64,000 nt of DNA from Zygnema circumcarinatum SAG 698-1b (lineage: Eukaryota > Plantae > Zygnematophyceae). Positions 41,501 to 53,300 of the stretch are shown piece by piece. The stretch spans positions 1,602,689-1,666,688 of the forward strand of contig CM074809.1 of assembly GCA_037447605.1 (NCBI GenBank). Reading direction: 5' to 3'. Numbering within the stretch: position 1 is the stretch's first letter; each line of letters begins with the position of its first letter. Both the position numbers and the translations under genes were made by a program. Below the pieces are notes generated by a model. It ran no database searches and had not been told where the DNA came from. It saw nothing but the letters and a program-made list of their open reading frames with translations.

Positions 41501-43890
41501 TTCAAACCGTGCCACCACTGGCCATGTAAGTAGCTGTAGGGCCCTTTGTTGGCTGGGACTGCAGTGTTGGAGTAAACTTTATCGGAGTTGGTATTGGACT
41601 CCCAGCCGGTCGTATTGCCTGCGCTCCTTGTGATGGTAAGTCTCATTGCAATGACAGGTACCAGGTTCTCCAGAGATTTTTTTTTTTTTTTTTTTTTTTT
41701 TTGTATTAAACGATATATGAAATCGCCTTCGCTAGGGTTTCTTGCATCTTGCCGTTGAAGAATTTTTTTCGGTAAACATTTACAACATGGAAACAGGCAG
41801 CCGTTTGGGCTTAAATTTCACGCAAAAAAAAAAAAAATTGCTACTTCTCATGATTTCCTTCGTTCAGCCTTAGCTTTTGATAGCTCCTCTATTCAAGAGT
41901 GAAAAAAAGATCTGTAAAGCTTTCTCTTTCTCAAGTTTTTTTGTGACTTGCCTTTAGCGAAGAAGCCCGCGAGGAATAACATGTTTTTACGAACTCAGAG
42001 CTTAATGAGAATGCTTCGTTCACTTTGATGTGGAGTAACCACTAACTGCTTAACCACTAACTGTTTTCGATTTCGATGGCATTAAGGTCTTCAAGTTCAC
42101 CAACACGGAATTGGAAAGTCATGTGCAGGTGTCACCTATGCAAGTAGAAAAGCTGCTCAATTCGCAACAAAACGAGCTATTCCTGCTTTGACAAGAAGCT
42201 TATCTGAAGCAACTTTCCATGGTAAAGCATTTCTCGCTCCAGCTCTGCGAATACAGGAGCTTCGTGCACTAGTGGACAGGCTGCCTTGGCACAATGATGT
42301 AAATTTAGTCAACCTCCCTTCAGTCCCATTATCAAAATCGTCCACGCTTCCGTCTAAAGACAGCTGCGATAAAGGATCGACATAGTTGTCGCAGGACCGT
42401 GGCAGTCCTTGACGAGATTTTACTGTACATATATATCACCTATGGAGCTCCCAAGGTCCGCTGTATCATTTGGGCCATCTATTATAGCTGCTGTTGTTCC
42501 CCTGTTGTGGAAGAACTCTATTTTCTATGACTTTGTGGAGAATCCTGCAGCTTCTGAAGAACGGGGAGACTTTCTCACAGTGGGATAACCTGCTCTACAC
42601 GTTTAGCCTCTCTGAAGAATACACCTCCAGACTGTCCAGGACACTGGCCGGGCCTCGCCGAAGTGGCGAGAAGACCCACTCCTTGAGGTAATTCCGTGAA
42701 ATCCCACTATGGATGGGGACAGCAAGCCTGTAGATTGAGCTCAAAATCGTATTCCTGTAAGCAGACGATGACTGCACGACACACAGTGCTTGCTGCTTGT
42801 GTTAGTCGTATTGCGACGCAAGCACCATGCAGCTCCCGCGGGCCTTGAGGATGGCGAGTGGGAAGGGTGGCATCATCTATGGCAGATGGAGGGATTCCCA
42901 TCCTCCCAGAGAGCGAGGAGTCTGTGGACTAATCTGCCACACATTACCGTTTAAACTGCCAAATTAGCGGCTCTTAGAGCCAAATTTGAATTGCATTGTG
43001 TCGCTGCAATACCTGCCTTTTGATTGTCTTCTGTTTTTGACCCTTGCAGTCAATGAAGGTCTTTCGATTGGATGCTCACACTGTACATTTTGCTGTGTTC
43101 TTACCAGTATGGGCCAGCAAAGTTTTGGAATTCTCAAGGCCACCGTGTGACCAATTGCAAGTATTGGCTTTCCTGCATTCCTCGATTGAGTTCTTTAGTC
43201 TACCTGGTGGAAGGATTAGGATCTCCAGCCATTCCTTCTTTTCGGTTAGATTGGTTAACTTTGCACCTGCCTAGGGTTTACGAGAGCCACTTCAAGCGGT
43301 CTTTATCTGAACCAAGGCTCCTAGTATTTTTTTGGAAAAGGAATACCACCTCCTGTACTGTTTACTAACATTTCTAGTATCCGTTTATGTTTTTCTAAAG
43401 ATCTTTTCGTAGTCACATGCGATCTAAGATTCATGCAAATAATTCTTCCTGATGTGATATTGCACAGTGAGTGAACAACTCGGTGTTTTCATTCCCGTTT
43501 GTCTTGCACAGTACTCCACAAGTACTGGTTGGTGTAATGGTTGCCAACGATTGGCAATGCTTGGTTGGGTTGCCAACCAATGCTTCACAAAAATCACGAG
43601 CATTCGATGTTTGATTCAATAGCCCGCCGTGTGGCACTCCAATATATATTTTTTGCGATTGGCCTTTTCTGTCTTTCGAACAAAACGTCCTCCATTTGGA
43701 CCTTCTATCCATAGCGCATTCCCGTCGTCTTTCAGCGTTGCTTCTAGAGTCGTGTTGTTGGGTTCCGCTCACAGCTTTTCCTTCTGCTCGTGTCATTTGT
43801 GACTGGTTCACCGTGGTTCTACATTTAGTCTTTGTCGATGTACATTTGACGGCCTCCCCGTTGTTAGAATTCAAATTCATTATTTTTTTG

Positions 43891-44550
43891 GGTAAATGAT
43901 AATTCGCCCCCGCCCCTTTGGGTTATCCCGCCCCATTTTTTTTTACATCCCGCCCTCCCATTTTGGCTACCCNNNNNNNNNNCCCCCCCCCCCCCCCCGC
44001 TCCACCCATTTTGGATATGTCGGGAGGAGATAACCCTCCTCTACTCTCTCTCTCGCTCTCTTTCTCCCTCCCCTGCTCTCTCTCTCTGCTGCTCTCTCGT
44101 CTCTAGTCTCTCTCTCCTCTGCTCTCTCTCTCTGCTGCTCTCTCTCCTCTAGTCTCTCTCTCCTCTGCTCTCGCTCCTCTAGTCTGTCTCTCTCTCCTCT
44201 GCTCTCTCTCTCCTCTGCTCTCTTTCCTCTGCTCTCTCTCTCACTCCTCTGCTCTCTTTCCTCAGCTCTCTCTTCTGCTCTCTCCTCTGCTCTCTCTCCA
44301 CTAGTCTCTCCTCTGCTCTCTCTCCTCTGCGCTCTCTCTACTAGTCTCTCCTCTGCTCTGCTCTCTCTCTGCGAATGTGTCTTTACGGACGTTGCGCTGA
44401 TGTGTGAGAAGGAGAAAACAGGGGGGTGAATATCCAAAATGGGGAAGGGCGGGATATCCAAAACAGAGGGCAGAATAGGCAAAACGGGAGGGCGGGATTA
44501 CAAAAAAAAATGGGGCGGAATAACCCAAGGGGGGGGGAGTATCATTTTCC
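43891..44550. mobile_element. Mutator-like MITE with ~80-bp TIRs around a CT/GA microsatellite core
   Basis: Left arm GGTAAATGAT...GGGTTATCCCGCCCCATTTTT...ATCCCGCCCTCCC matches the reverse complement of 44452-44550. Flanks ATTTTTTTG and ATTTTTTAT (7/9) are a candidate 9-bp TSD. The core 44040-44370 is (CT)n/CTCTG repeats, with an N gap at 43973-43982. Confidence 0.7.
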
Positions 44551-44813
44551 ATTTTTTATTTTCATTTGAAACTTTAACTCGTATCCTTCCGTAGAGTACT
44601 CGGTACTGTACTGATGGCCTCAGTTTGAAGGGGGCACTTTGAATCTTGCTCCACTTTAGGGCTCCAACTCGTCGTCGTGTCTCCGTAGGTTTTGGCCACA
44701 CCAAGTCGGCGTATGTATGGGTCGGTGAAAATTTCATTGCCCATCAGACAAAACGGTTTACGGATGGCCTCGCCATCGTGAGTTCAATGCGATTCCCCCC
44801 GTCTGCGCTGTCA

Positions 44814-47800
44814 TCAATATGCGTCACGACCACCATTGGAAACGACGGCTGCCTCCAGTGAGTGTGGTTGCACCGCTGGATGGAGACCTGGTCTCGATCG
44901 CGTTGTGACCGTTGGATGCTCGCCTCTTGGCGCTGACGCGTCCGCTCCACTGGATGACGGCAGTCGTGTCGAGGAGGGCTGTGGGCTCGCGGATGGCACG
45001 AATGTGATTTGAAAGTTGAAGCGACTCACAGCCGCGGCATCATCCTGCTGCGTTTGGAACTTTGGATGGCGCATGAATGTGCGACTAACAGTGGCTTTCA
45101 AATTCAATGCGTGCATGGTGCTGTCGCCTAACATTCAGCTGATGTCCAATTTGAACGCCAAATAGCCAATCCTTAGTACAATCTATAATGGAGGTTATTT
45201 CACTGACTGCTTATCCTCGTCAGCTCTGGCTGGGTAAAATGAATGTACAGAGGGTAGTTCCACGCATACAATTCTGACAATCGTTCCAAACTCTGGACAA
45301 AAATCGCTGGGCGCAATCAACGCTTGGACAACGGCAACCTCTAAGCGGGACAAAAAGCACTAAAATATAATTACAAATTGCAAATGCAATGACACACCGA
45401 ATCTCAGCAGTGGCAGAGGAAGCCTGTGTCTTCAGGCCCTGCCCTCACTACTGGCTGCACTCCCTCACTTACCCGACTATGACAAACAACGCTACGCTAT
45501 GCAGCAGCAGAATGCCCATCTCGCTTTTAGAGATGCGCCAACTGCTCCATCTACCAATCAAATTCCACGCCTGCAGCATGCTGGGCTACTTCCAACAGTG
45601 CTGACATCAATTTGCGGTCCTCACGATGTTACTTTGAAGCAGCCCACTAAGAGAACTCCATGGGGAGTGACTTCAAGCTGCGAAATCGTGTTGCCAGGGC
45701 CCAAATCAAACTCCCGAGGAACAAGGCCTCCCCCTCCCCCTCCCCACCCAAAAGGGCCCCGCAAAGAGCCTCCTGTGACTGGCTTTAAGGAGAGCCAGCG
45801 GCCATCTGTGCTAAGTGCAAATCCGAGAGATACAGGAAGGAAGCTGGGATGGGAGGATGGGCCAGTAGGAACGACATCAATCACGCCATCGTGGAGAATG
45901 ACCTTGATGGGCGGGAGTGGTTGATAGCGAGGCAAAGCAAAGAGGTCTCGAAGAGCAGATTTTACAAGGGGACTGGAGAGGCTGCAATCACCAAAAATAG
46001 CAAACCCCTCATGGTTAGCTCTCACGGAAAATACGTCTGACAACCCACAGAAAAGAGCTTCTAGGCGAAATCACCAATTCAAGACAGCACCCTTGCCAAA
46101 AAACGGCGATCGTTGCTTCTGCGCGTACTCTTGTTGCATTTTATCGAGAAAAATCTACTAAGCTTATACCGTGTCTTATGCCGCCCCAATATAGAGCCCC
46201 AAGATAGTCATTGCGTCTACCATGCTGTTGCCTCTAGTCAGGGAAATGGCTTTGGCCAGGTATCCCCGTACTTTCAGAAATAACTAAGGGCAGTCATTAA
46301 CAAAAAGGGTCACACACGACACGCGGGAAGTCGTTTCTTCGGGTAAACCCATGAGATCAACTCATCCATAGATCGAATCCAGACAAGAAGGAGCATTTTC
46401 TTCCTACTAGCTGACGAGTATAGACAACAGTGGCCGAAACAAAAAGCTGCGGTTGACCATATGTTAGTTCTAGACAAGAGGGTATTTAACCTGAGGGGCC
46501 AAAATGCCATCATCTGAAAGGCGTTCAACTTCCGAGCTCTAGAGAGAAATAATACTTTGCATCACATGAGATACACTGGCATGCCTTGCTTTCGCACAAT
46601 TCAGACAGAAACATTACAGAATTGGCTGCACAACAGTTTCTTAGGAACCACCATCCCTATTCACTCCTTCCGGCCATATAAACGTGTTCCACGTGCTAAG
46701 GCGACACCTGGGCATATATATGTCTATCAGTAACCCGTTTTCAACAAGACTATGATTTTCTAGCTGTCTAAGGCTCCAAACGGGAGGGTGGAGGTGCAAA
46801 CCTGGCATTCAAGTCCTTTTCGTTGACAGATATGCAAACGCGGGCTGGAAATGCTTGTTGGAGGAACCTGGACGAAAAACCCAACAGTCCATTGGATCAT
46901 GATACTTCACCTCTGCTGACCCAGTGTCATCCGTTTTGCTACACCGATGGCAAAATTCTTCGACATCTACCGAGCTTTATGCGTCCCACAATAATAGCTT
47001 CTTGAGCGTTGGCCTGCTTTTTACCTGCAGGCCTAACTGACGATAATGTGGAATCAACAACTGTCTTTGGTCTACCAGTTCAAAGAAATGACTGAACCGC
47101 GACAACCAGGACACAGATGCGGTAATTCACACTGGAAACAATGAGTGCGATGCTGTCTATTCCAGGAGTGAGAGCGTTCTTATAAGTCAATTACCATACT
47201 ACGCCAGGTCTCATTGGCTTATCCAACTCCAGGCCAGAACGAAATCCAACCTCTACAACGACTTCCATTGGTAACAAAAAATAACCTGCAACAAAAATCT
47301 CAATGCCCAAGTCTGGCATATGCCCCGAATGCTCTCAAAGGGCGGATGTCTAGCCCTTTCACCGACCTTTTGGAGTGTTGCTGGTTGAAGCTAAGTTGGA
47401 TGGACGATGCTGATAAGTTAAAGCTGGTCACCGTTAAGCCCTGCAGCATTTCATTTCCAAACGCTATTTGTCTCCCGTAAGCCAATTCCACTTCCAAATT
47501 TCTAAAATAAGGCGCACTTCTGAGCCGTTTAGGATAGGTTATGAGAGATTTGCAGTACGTGCAAGTTCATTTTCTCTGAAGATTACTGAAGTTAACATAT
47601 GCATAGAGCCATGTGACACACTCGACAATCTTCAGGACAGACCACCTGAGGTCTAAAACACGTCCAACAAGCTCACACCCGTACCTTGTAACAGGCACTT
47701 TGCGCACTGACTGTCACACGCTGTAGAAAGCCACTCAAAAGCTCTCGATTACGCCCGCCGACACAAATACTCAGCTTCTCAAAACCGTCCAGCTGTCAAT

Positions 47801-48594
47801 GTGAATGGACCAAGCCCCTCCCTCATCTATAATCACCAAGGCGGATCCACAACATTTTCAATGCAAGGTTATGAACATAAATTTCTATGGAATTCACACT
47901 GAGAAGCGAGCAGTCTAGGAGAGTACTTTATACCTGAGATGCCATCTGCATGCTAGCACCAGCCAAACCAGGTCCTGCGTACATTATGAAGGTCGAAAAG
48001 AAGCAGAAAATGAAAAAAACATACTATGCAGAAGTCATGGGCTATGTTCAGACCTGGACGAACACAAGTCATGTCAGCTAACCAAACCTGTGACTTGAGA
48101 AATGCCGTCACTGCTTGCGAGAGCATGCGACCCGTCAAGCTGCTGTTGGCTCGCAGCCCCTCTCTTTCCTCCGTAACAAACCTCTCGTGAGCCCTCTCGA
48201 TCTGCCACCTGTCCTTACTCGACTGAATCCTCCATGGTGACGTCGTCACCTTCTGCCCGGCCCACAGCACACGTGCCAAAAGATGCGTCTGCTCTCCTCC
48301 GCCATGCCTTACCGCTTCCTTGTCCCTTGGCTGCTTCCTGCGGGGTCGAGAGCTCGAACTTGACGGGCTCCGTGCTCTTGGAGAAGAAGGAGGACTCTTA
48401 CTTCTCCAATCCCACAGCTCTAACAAAGGAATTCTCCACCTTCCATCGTTTTCACTGCTCTTCCGCACTTTCGACCTCCGCTTGATGGGCACCAGTTTCC
48501 CCTCTCCTTCTTTACCAGGTTTTGGCACAAGTGTCGCGCCGAGAAAGCCATTCATTATCTGCGCTGCGGCGATACTAGAAGTCTCTTCCAACAT
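44814..48594 (-). CDS. Uncharacterised multi-exon protein-coding gene (model incomplete)
   Basis: First exon 48594-48088 is 169 codons and ends CAG|GTTTGG. Further protein-like minus-strand segments with plausible splice sites: NLEVELAYGRQIAFGNEMLQGLT (~47430-47500), YFLLPMEVVVEVGFRSGLELDKPMRP (~47200-47285), DVFSVRANHEGFAIFGDC...LSLKP (~45780-46037) and DSTMHALNLKATVSRTF...FQITFVPS (~44814-45125). I could not phase all exons. Confidence 0.55.
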
Positions 48595-49109
48595 GGCCTC
48601 CAGATGCAGCGGAGGCACATCGCCGGCGCCCTGCCCCTCAGCGCGCTTCAGTGAATGCCTTGCAGGAGGCAGCCATGGCTGCAACCTTGAAGGGTCGATC
48701 AGAGGTCGCCCCGCCAAACCCTACAAAAAGCGAGGCCTTGTGAAGCAGAAAGGCTCCGTTGATCCCGGAGCATATTTAACCTAACGAGAACTCAGGGTTG
48801 ACCATGTGTACGATCGCACCGGTCAATGCAGTTCAACTTCTGGCTCCTACTCAAACGAGTCAAACCAGCGCGAGGGCAGGTTGATCCGATTCCATCTTGA
48901 TTGTTGTTTTTGATCTTCCCCGACACTAACCAAGCGGAGTCAGCGGATCGCGTCGGTGTGACGGGCAAAGCGGGGAAGTAGACTCGCACGTGCGGAATCC
49001 CGTGCACTTTTCGAGTTTCCGGCCCATAAAGTGGGGAATCGCTCTCGGCCGGCGGGGCGCCACGTGGCGAGGGGCCGTGCGGCGCCGGCCGCAGTGCGGC
49101 GGGGAACGG

Positions 49110-49320
49110 GCCATGGATGGGGGATGGGGGCATGTGTGCACGCATGCATGGCCATGGATGGGGGATGGGGCATGTGTGCACACATGCATGGCCATGGATG
49201 GGGGTTGGGGCATGTGTGCACGCATGCATGGCCATGGATGGGGGATGGGTTTTGTTTGCACGCTTACATGGCCATAGATGGGGAATGGGGCATGTGTGCA
49301 CGCATGCATGGCCATGCCAT
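49110..49320. repeat. Five 40-bp tandem repeats containing RY (CATGCATG) motifs
   Basis: Unit GCCATGGATGGGGGATGGGGCATGTGTGCACGCATGCATG at 49110, 49151, 49191, 49231 (degenerate) and 49271. Confidence 0.92.
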
Positions 49321-50344
49321 GCGGAAAGGAGGCCGCTCCGCCACCGTCCGTCCGTCAGTCCGTCCGTCTATGGGGTACTGTACAGAAGTATACGGTAGTA
49401 CTTTTCAGTCTAGTAGTATCTCGTGAAGGCAGCCTATTTGACCCAACTTCTTGACCATAAACAAAAAAAAAAAGAGAAAAAAACCTTTCGATTATTAAGG
49501 TTGCCTCAATGCTTAAACCTATTCGAAACAGTTTCTCAATACTCAATTGAGTTTAAAACTAATGTAGTTTGATATTTTAAAGAAAATGGTCATTTTTACG
49601 TTCAATTGAACAGCACCTATATAACTTCGTATGTCTTAACCGATTGATCATTTGAATCAATGCCAAATTCCGGATGCTGGTATTTCATTGTTCGAATCTT
49701 GACCGCAATGAGTTGGAAACCGCAGTTGTGAGAGTAAACTTCTTCACACTTCGAAAGAAAGTTCGGAAAAACCGAAGTTCTCAACCGAAAAAAACTCCAA
49801 AACTTTGAATCTATGTTCAATCTAGTTGAATTCAATTGGACATAAAATAAACAATCTCAATCTCATGACATAATGTGCTTTCGGGCGTCCGTCCCGTCCT
49901 TGCACCGCAGTGCAATTCATCCGCTCGGCGATTCTTTAACTGTCAACAAGGTCGCGTTTCCTGCACACTGAAACGAATCAAGGTTTCCGAGGCATCGTCA
50001 GGAACCACAACCGCGGGCTCCTCCGCATAAGAGTCATTCCGATCAGCAAACCCTAAGACGGTTCATCCTGCACTGTTCGCCTCCGAAGAAGCCGCCAATT
50101 TGGCATTTCTAGTTTGCTATATGTTGTAGCTAGGCATAAAAGCTAATTCTTGCATACAAAAGAACAGAACGTTCCCATTCCGCAAATATCGCCAATACAT
50201 TGGTGGCAGGATGAACTGAAACAGTGAACCTCCGATGTTCCACGAGCCTCGNNNNNNNNNNCCCCCCCCCCCCCCCCCAACCCGCTATCAGCACCTGCTG
50301 CACTGCTGCAGAGGCTTACAAAGCAACCCTAAAATAAATCGCGC

Positions 50345-53300
50345 TCAGTGCTCAGAGGGGCCTCTTCTCGGCATGAAATGTGCGCGTGCCAGCTCATACT
50401 CGCGACCCCGAACAAAAACGGATGTAGGAGACCATTGGATCTCTTCCCATGAAATGCCGTCCTCCAGGACCTGCCCAATCTCCCACTGCCACCTGTCAGG
50501 TCTCAGGTTGAAGGACCCCCCCCCCCTACGGCTGCCCGTACATGGAGGATGGATAGGAGCGCACCTCTACAGAGTCCGCCGGAAGGGGACATCCCTTTGC
50601 TCGCATGGCTGCAAGCGACAAAATGGATCCGCAGCGAGCCCACTTGTACAGTTCCGTGGTTTCCCCACGGCCATGGCTGCCCTCTTTGGAGGCTCCATGA
50701 TTCTGGCCATGACCATGACCATGCGCATGAGTCAAGGCTTTCTCGTGATGATGATGATGATGATGGTGATTGCCTCCACTTTTTTCTGCACCATGTCGTT
50801 CCGTCTCTTTGTCCCGACTATGACTGTTCTGTTCCTTCTTCTCCTTCCCACCTTCCGTTCCCTTTTCCCCTTCCTTGTCCCTTCCCTCCCCAGTGTGTGC
50901 CTCTCCCTCCCCTTCTCGCTCTTGCTCCCTTCCTCCATTTTTGTCTCCCACTGCTTCAGACCCCCCCACCTTCCCTCTCTCCTCCTCCCTGCCGTGCGCA
51001 TCCTGCTCAGCCTTCTTCTCTGCCAACGCGCCATTTCCCACTCCTCCCTGAAACTTCCCGCTTCCATTGCCGGCAATCCGTGGAGGGCCCTCTCCCTGAT
51101 AAGAGAGCTCAAAACTGCCGACAGAAAAACACAAAGTGAGACAGTTAGGGAACAGTTGAGGAGGGGCAACACATAAGGGAGACAGTTATATTAACAACCA
51201 TTCGACTATGAAGTCGCCAAATGAGAGCAGCTCAATTCTGTGACAAACAACAGGGAGCATGCGTGACGGAAGAAGCGAGAGGCAGCTGCACCGTTGGGAA
51301 CGTGTCTCGAGGTACAAAACGTCGGCTCGTTTGAGTCTAGCAGATGTGAACTGGGACGGTCTCAAGCCTCTATCCGCAACAACACTCATGGAATACTTCA
51401 ACCTGGAAAGAGCCCCTCTCCCAAGAAAAATGGTATAATCCTCTGCAAATTCATCCTCTTGACATTTCAATTTAGACGATTCTCTCACAAACACAGCCCC
51501 ACGCCATCCCATCGCCTTCGTCATAACTCGAGTGGTCCTGCTTTTTCTTGGATGTGACCCATAAAAAAAAAATCAATGCAGAAGCAAAGTCCCGAATGAC
51601 AGCCTTGTTGAGGCTTCCCAGAGCTCCCCCTCTCCACAAACTCACCACGGCTCATTGCAGAGGTTGTAAAGCACTGTCACCTCCGGAACGAGTCGCTGTT
51701 GCCTTGCGGCATTCTGTTCAGGGCCAAAACAATGTCCAATGGATTAGCTGCACAGAGCTTGCTCACGAAGCTCAGCACACTGGATAAATATGAAACCCTG
51801 ATTTCCTCGAAAACAAGAACGACAAAAATGAATGTACTTCACAAATTGTCGTCCAGACCGCAAATAGAGTGAATGTGCAAACAGATAGGCAGTCACTTCC
51901 AAGGGCTCAGTGATCCCAAACATGAATAGTAACTGAACAATTTACAAGGGTATACAACACATAAGAAGACACTAAAGTACCTTTCAGACGGTTCCGTTGG
52001 TACTTTCAACACCGTTGGACATTTCTATAGCACGACATGCTGGCCAGTGCGAGAACAAAACTGCCAACGACCATGTGTGACTGTTTTTCAACCCCCTCCC
52101 CAATGCTTTCATGGGAATCGTGAAACTCATACGATTCATAACAATGTCCACCGTTCCGTTCTTCCCACCTGTGAGGCTGAGCGGGTTGTGACGGTCCGTT
52201 CAGGGCCGGGCGGTGCGAGAGTGGGCACAGCCTGCGCGCTATTGAGAGGGACGGCCTCCAACTCCAAACTGCCTCCTCCTGCCTGCTCGCCGCACACAGG
52301 GCAAGGGAACATGGGCGACCCGCAACAGACCACCACAGAAGAGAACAAATGTGCAGTTTCCCCAACTTATTAGGAGGTGGTGTCCAACTTATTAGGAGGT
52401 GGTATGACCGACTAGTGGCAGGTTCATATTCACATGACCCTCGTGCAGACTATAATGTTCAAGGATGAAGTAATGTCGCACATGATGAGCTCGAAGCCTA
52501 AACTGGCGATCAGCAATTACCTGAGTCACAAGGCCAAGCCTTCACAAATGCAGCTTGAGAAGCAATCGAGCAAAAACATTGCACTAAGGGCAAGCACGCA
52601 GGGAGGAGAGAGCAGAGAAGGCGGAAAGCAGGTCTGCGTACTTTGATGATTCGACAGCGTTCCACTGCATAGCTACAGTTGCCGCGTGCGGCACCCCATG
52701 CCCTCGACCGCATGTTATTTCGGAGGGAAGAAGAGTAGCCTGCAAGATCAGGTTGTGAAGAATCAGGGAATTGGCATGAAACTCTTCCACGGAGTGCGAA
52801 AAAAATGCGTTCCTCTTGGACTCAGAAATCATCAGTCTATCACGGAAGATATCCCTCACTGTAAGGAACCTCAACACACAATGCTCCCCCAGCACACAAC
52901 CATCTAAATGGCGGACATGAAACAGACGGATAGGGTATGGAAGAAGGGAGCTTACTTTCTTGGGGCTGCATCACCCGAACAGTCGCTCTGACTTCCGCCA
53001 CCGTTGGAGGTGGCTTCCCCTGGGAAGGTGTATAGAAACCTACATGCTGAAGAACTGAACAGACAGAGCACAGCAACAGTAATCTCAGGCATAAAGCAGC
53101 AGCAAATATTATGCCAAAACATTCAAATAAATAGGAAGTGCTGTGCCACAACTGCTCAAGCTCCCACTCTGTTCTTGAGCATAGACCGCGTCACAACACA
53201 CCTGCAACAATATCGGAGTCGTCCGTGTAGACATCCGTTCCCCACAGTTGCCGCCCACGGACCTGCAGAGGAGGGAAGGTAGCAGAATGAGGACACCCTG

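Noticed and set aside
43967-44552. E/R-rich ORFs
   Set aside because: Translation of the GA microsatellite inside the MITE.
44660-44745. GHTKS[AT]Y peptide shared with 53945-54020
   Set aside because: Short similarity within repeat-derived DNA; no supporting ORF or domain.
49110-49320. Possible CRISPR-like array
   Set aside because: Head-to-tail units without unique spacers, no cas genes, eukaryotic context.
52362-52405. Short tandem duplications (22 bp here; also ~31335-31413, ~42045-42072 and ~61613-61645)
   Set aside because: Ordinary slippage-type duplications in introns or intergenic DNA.
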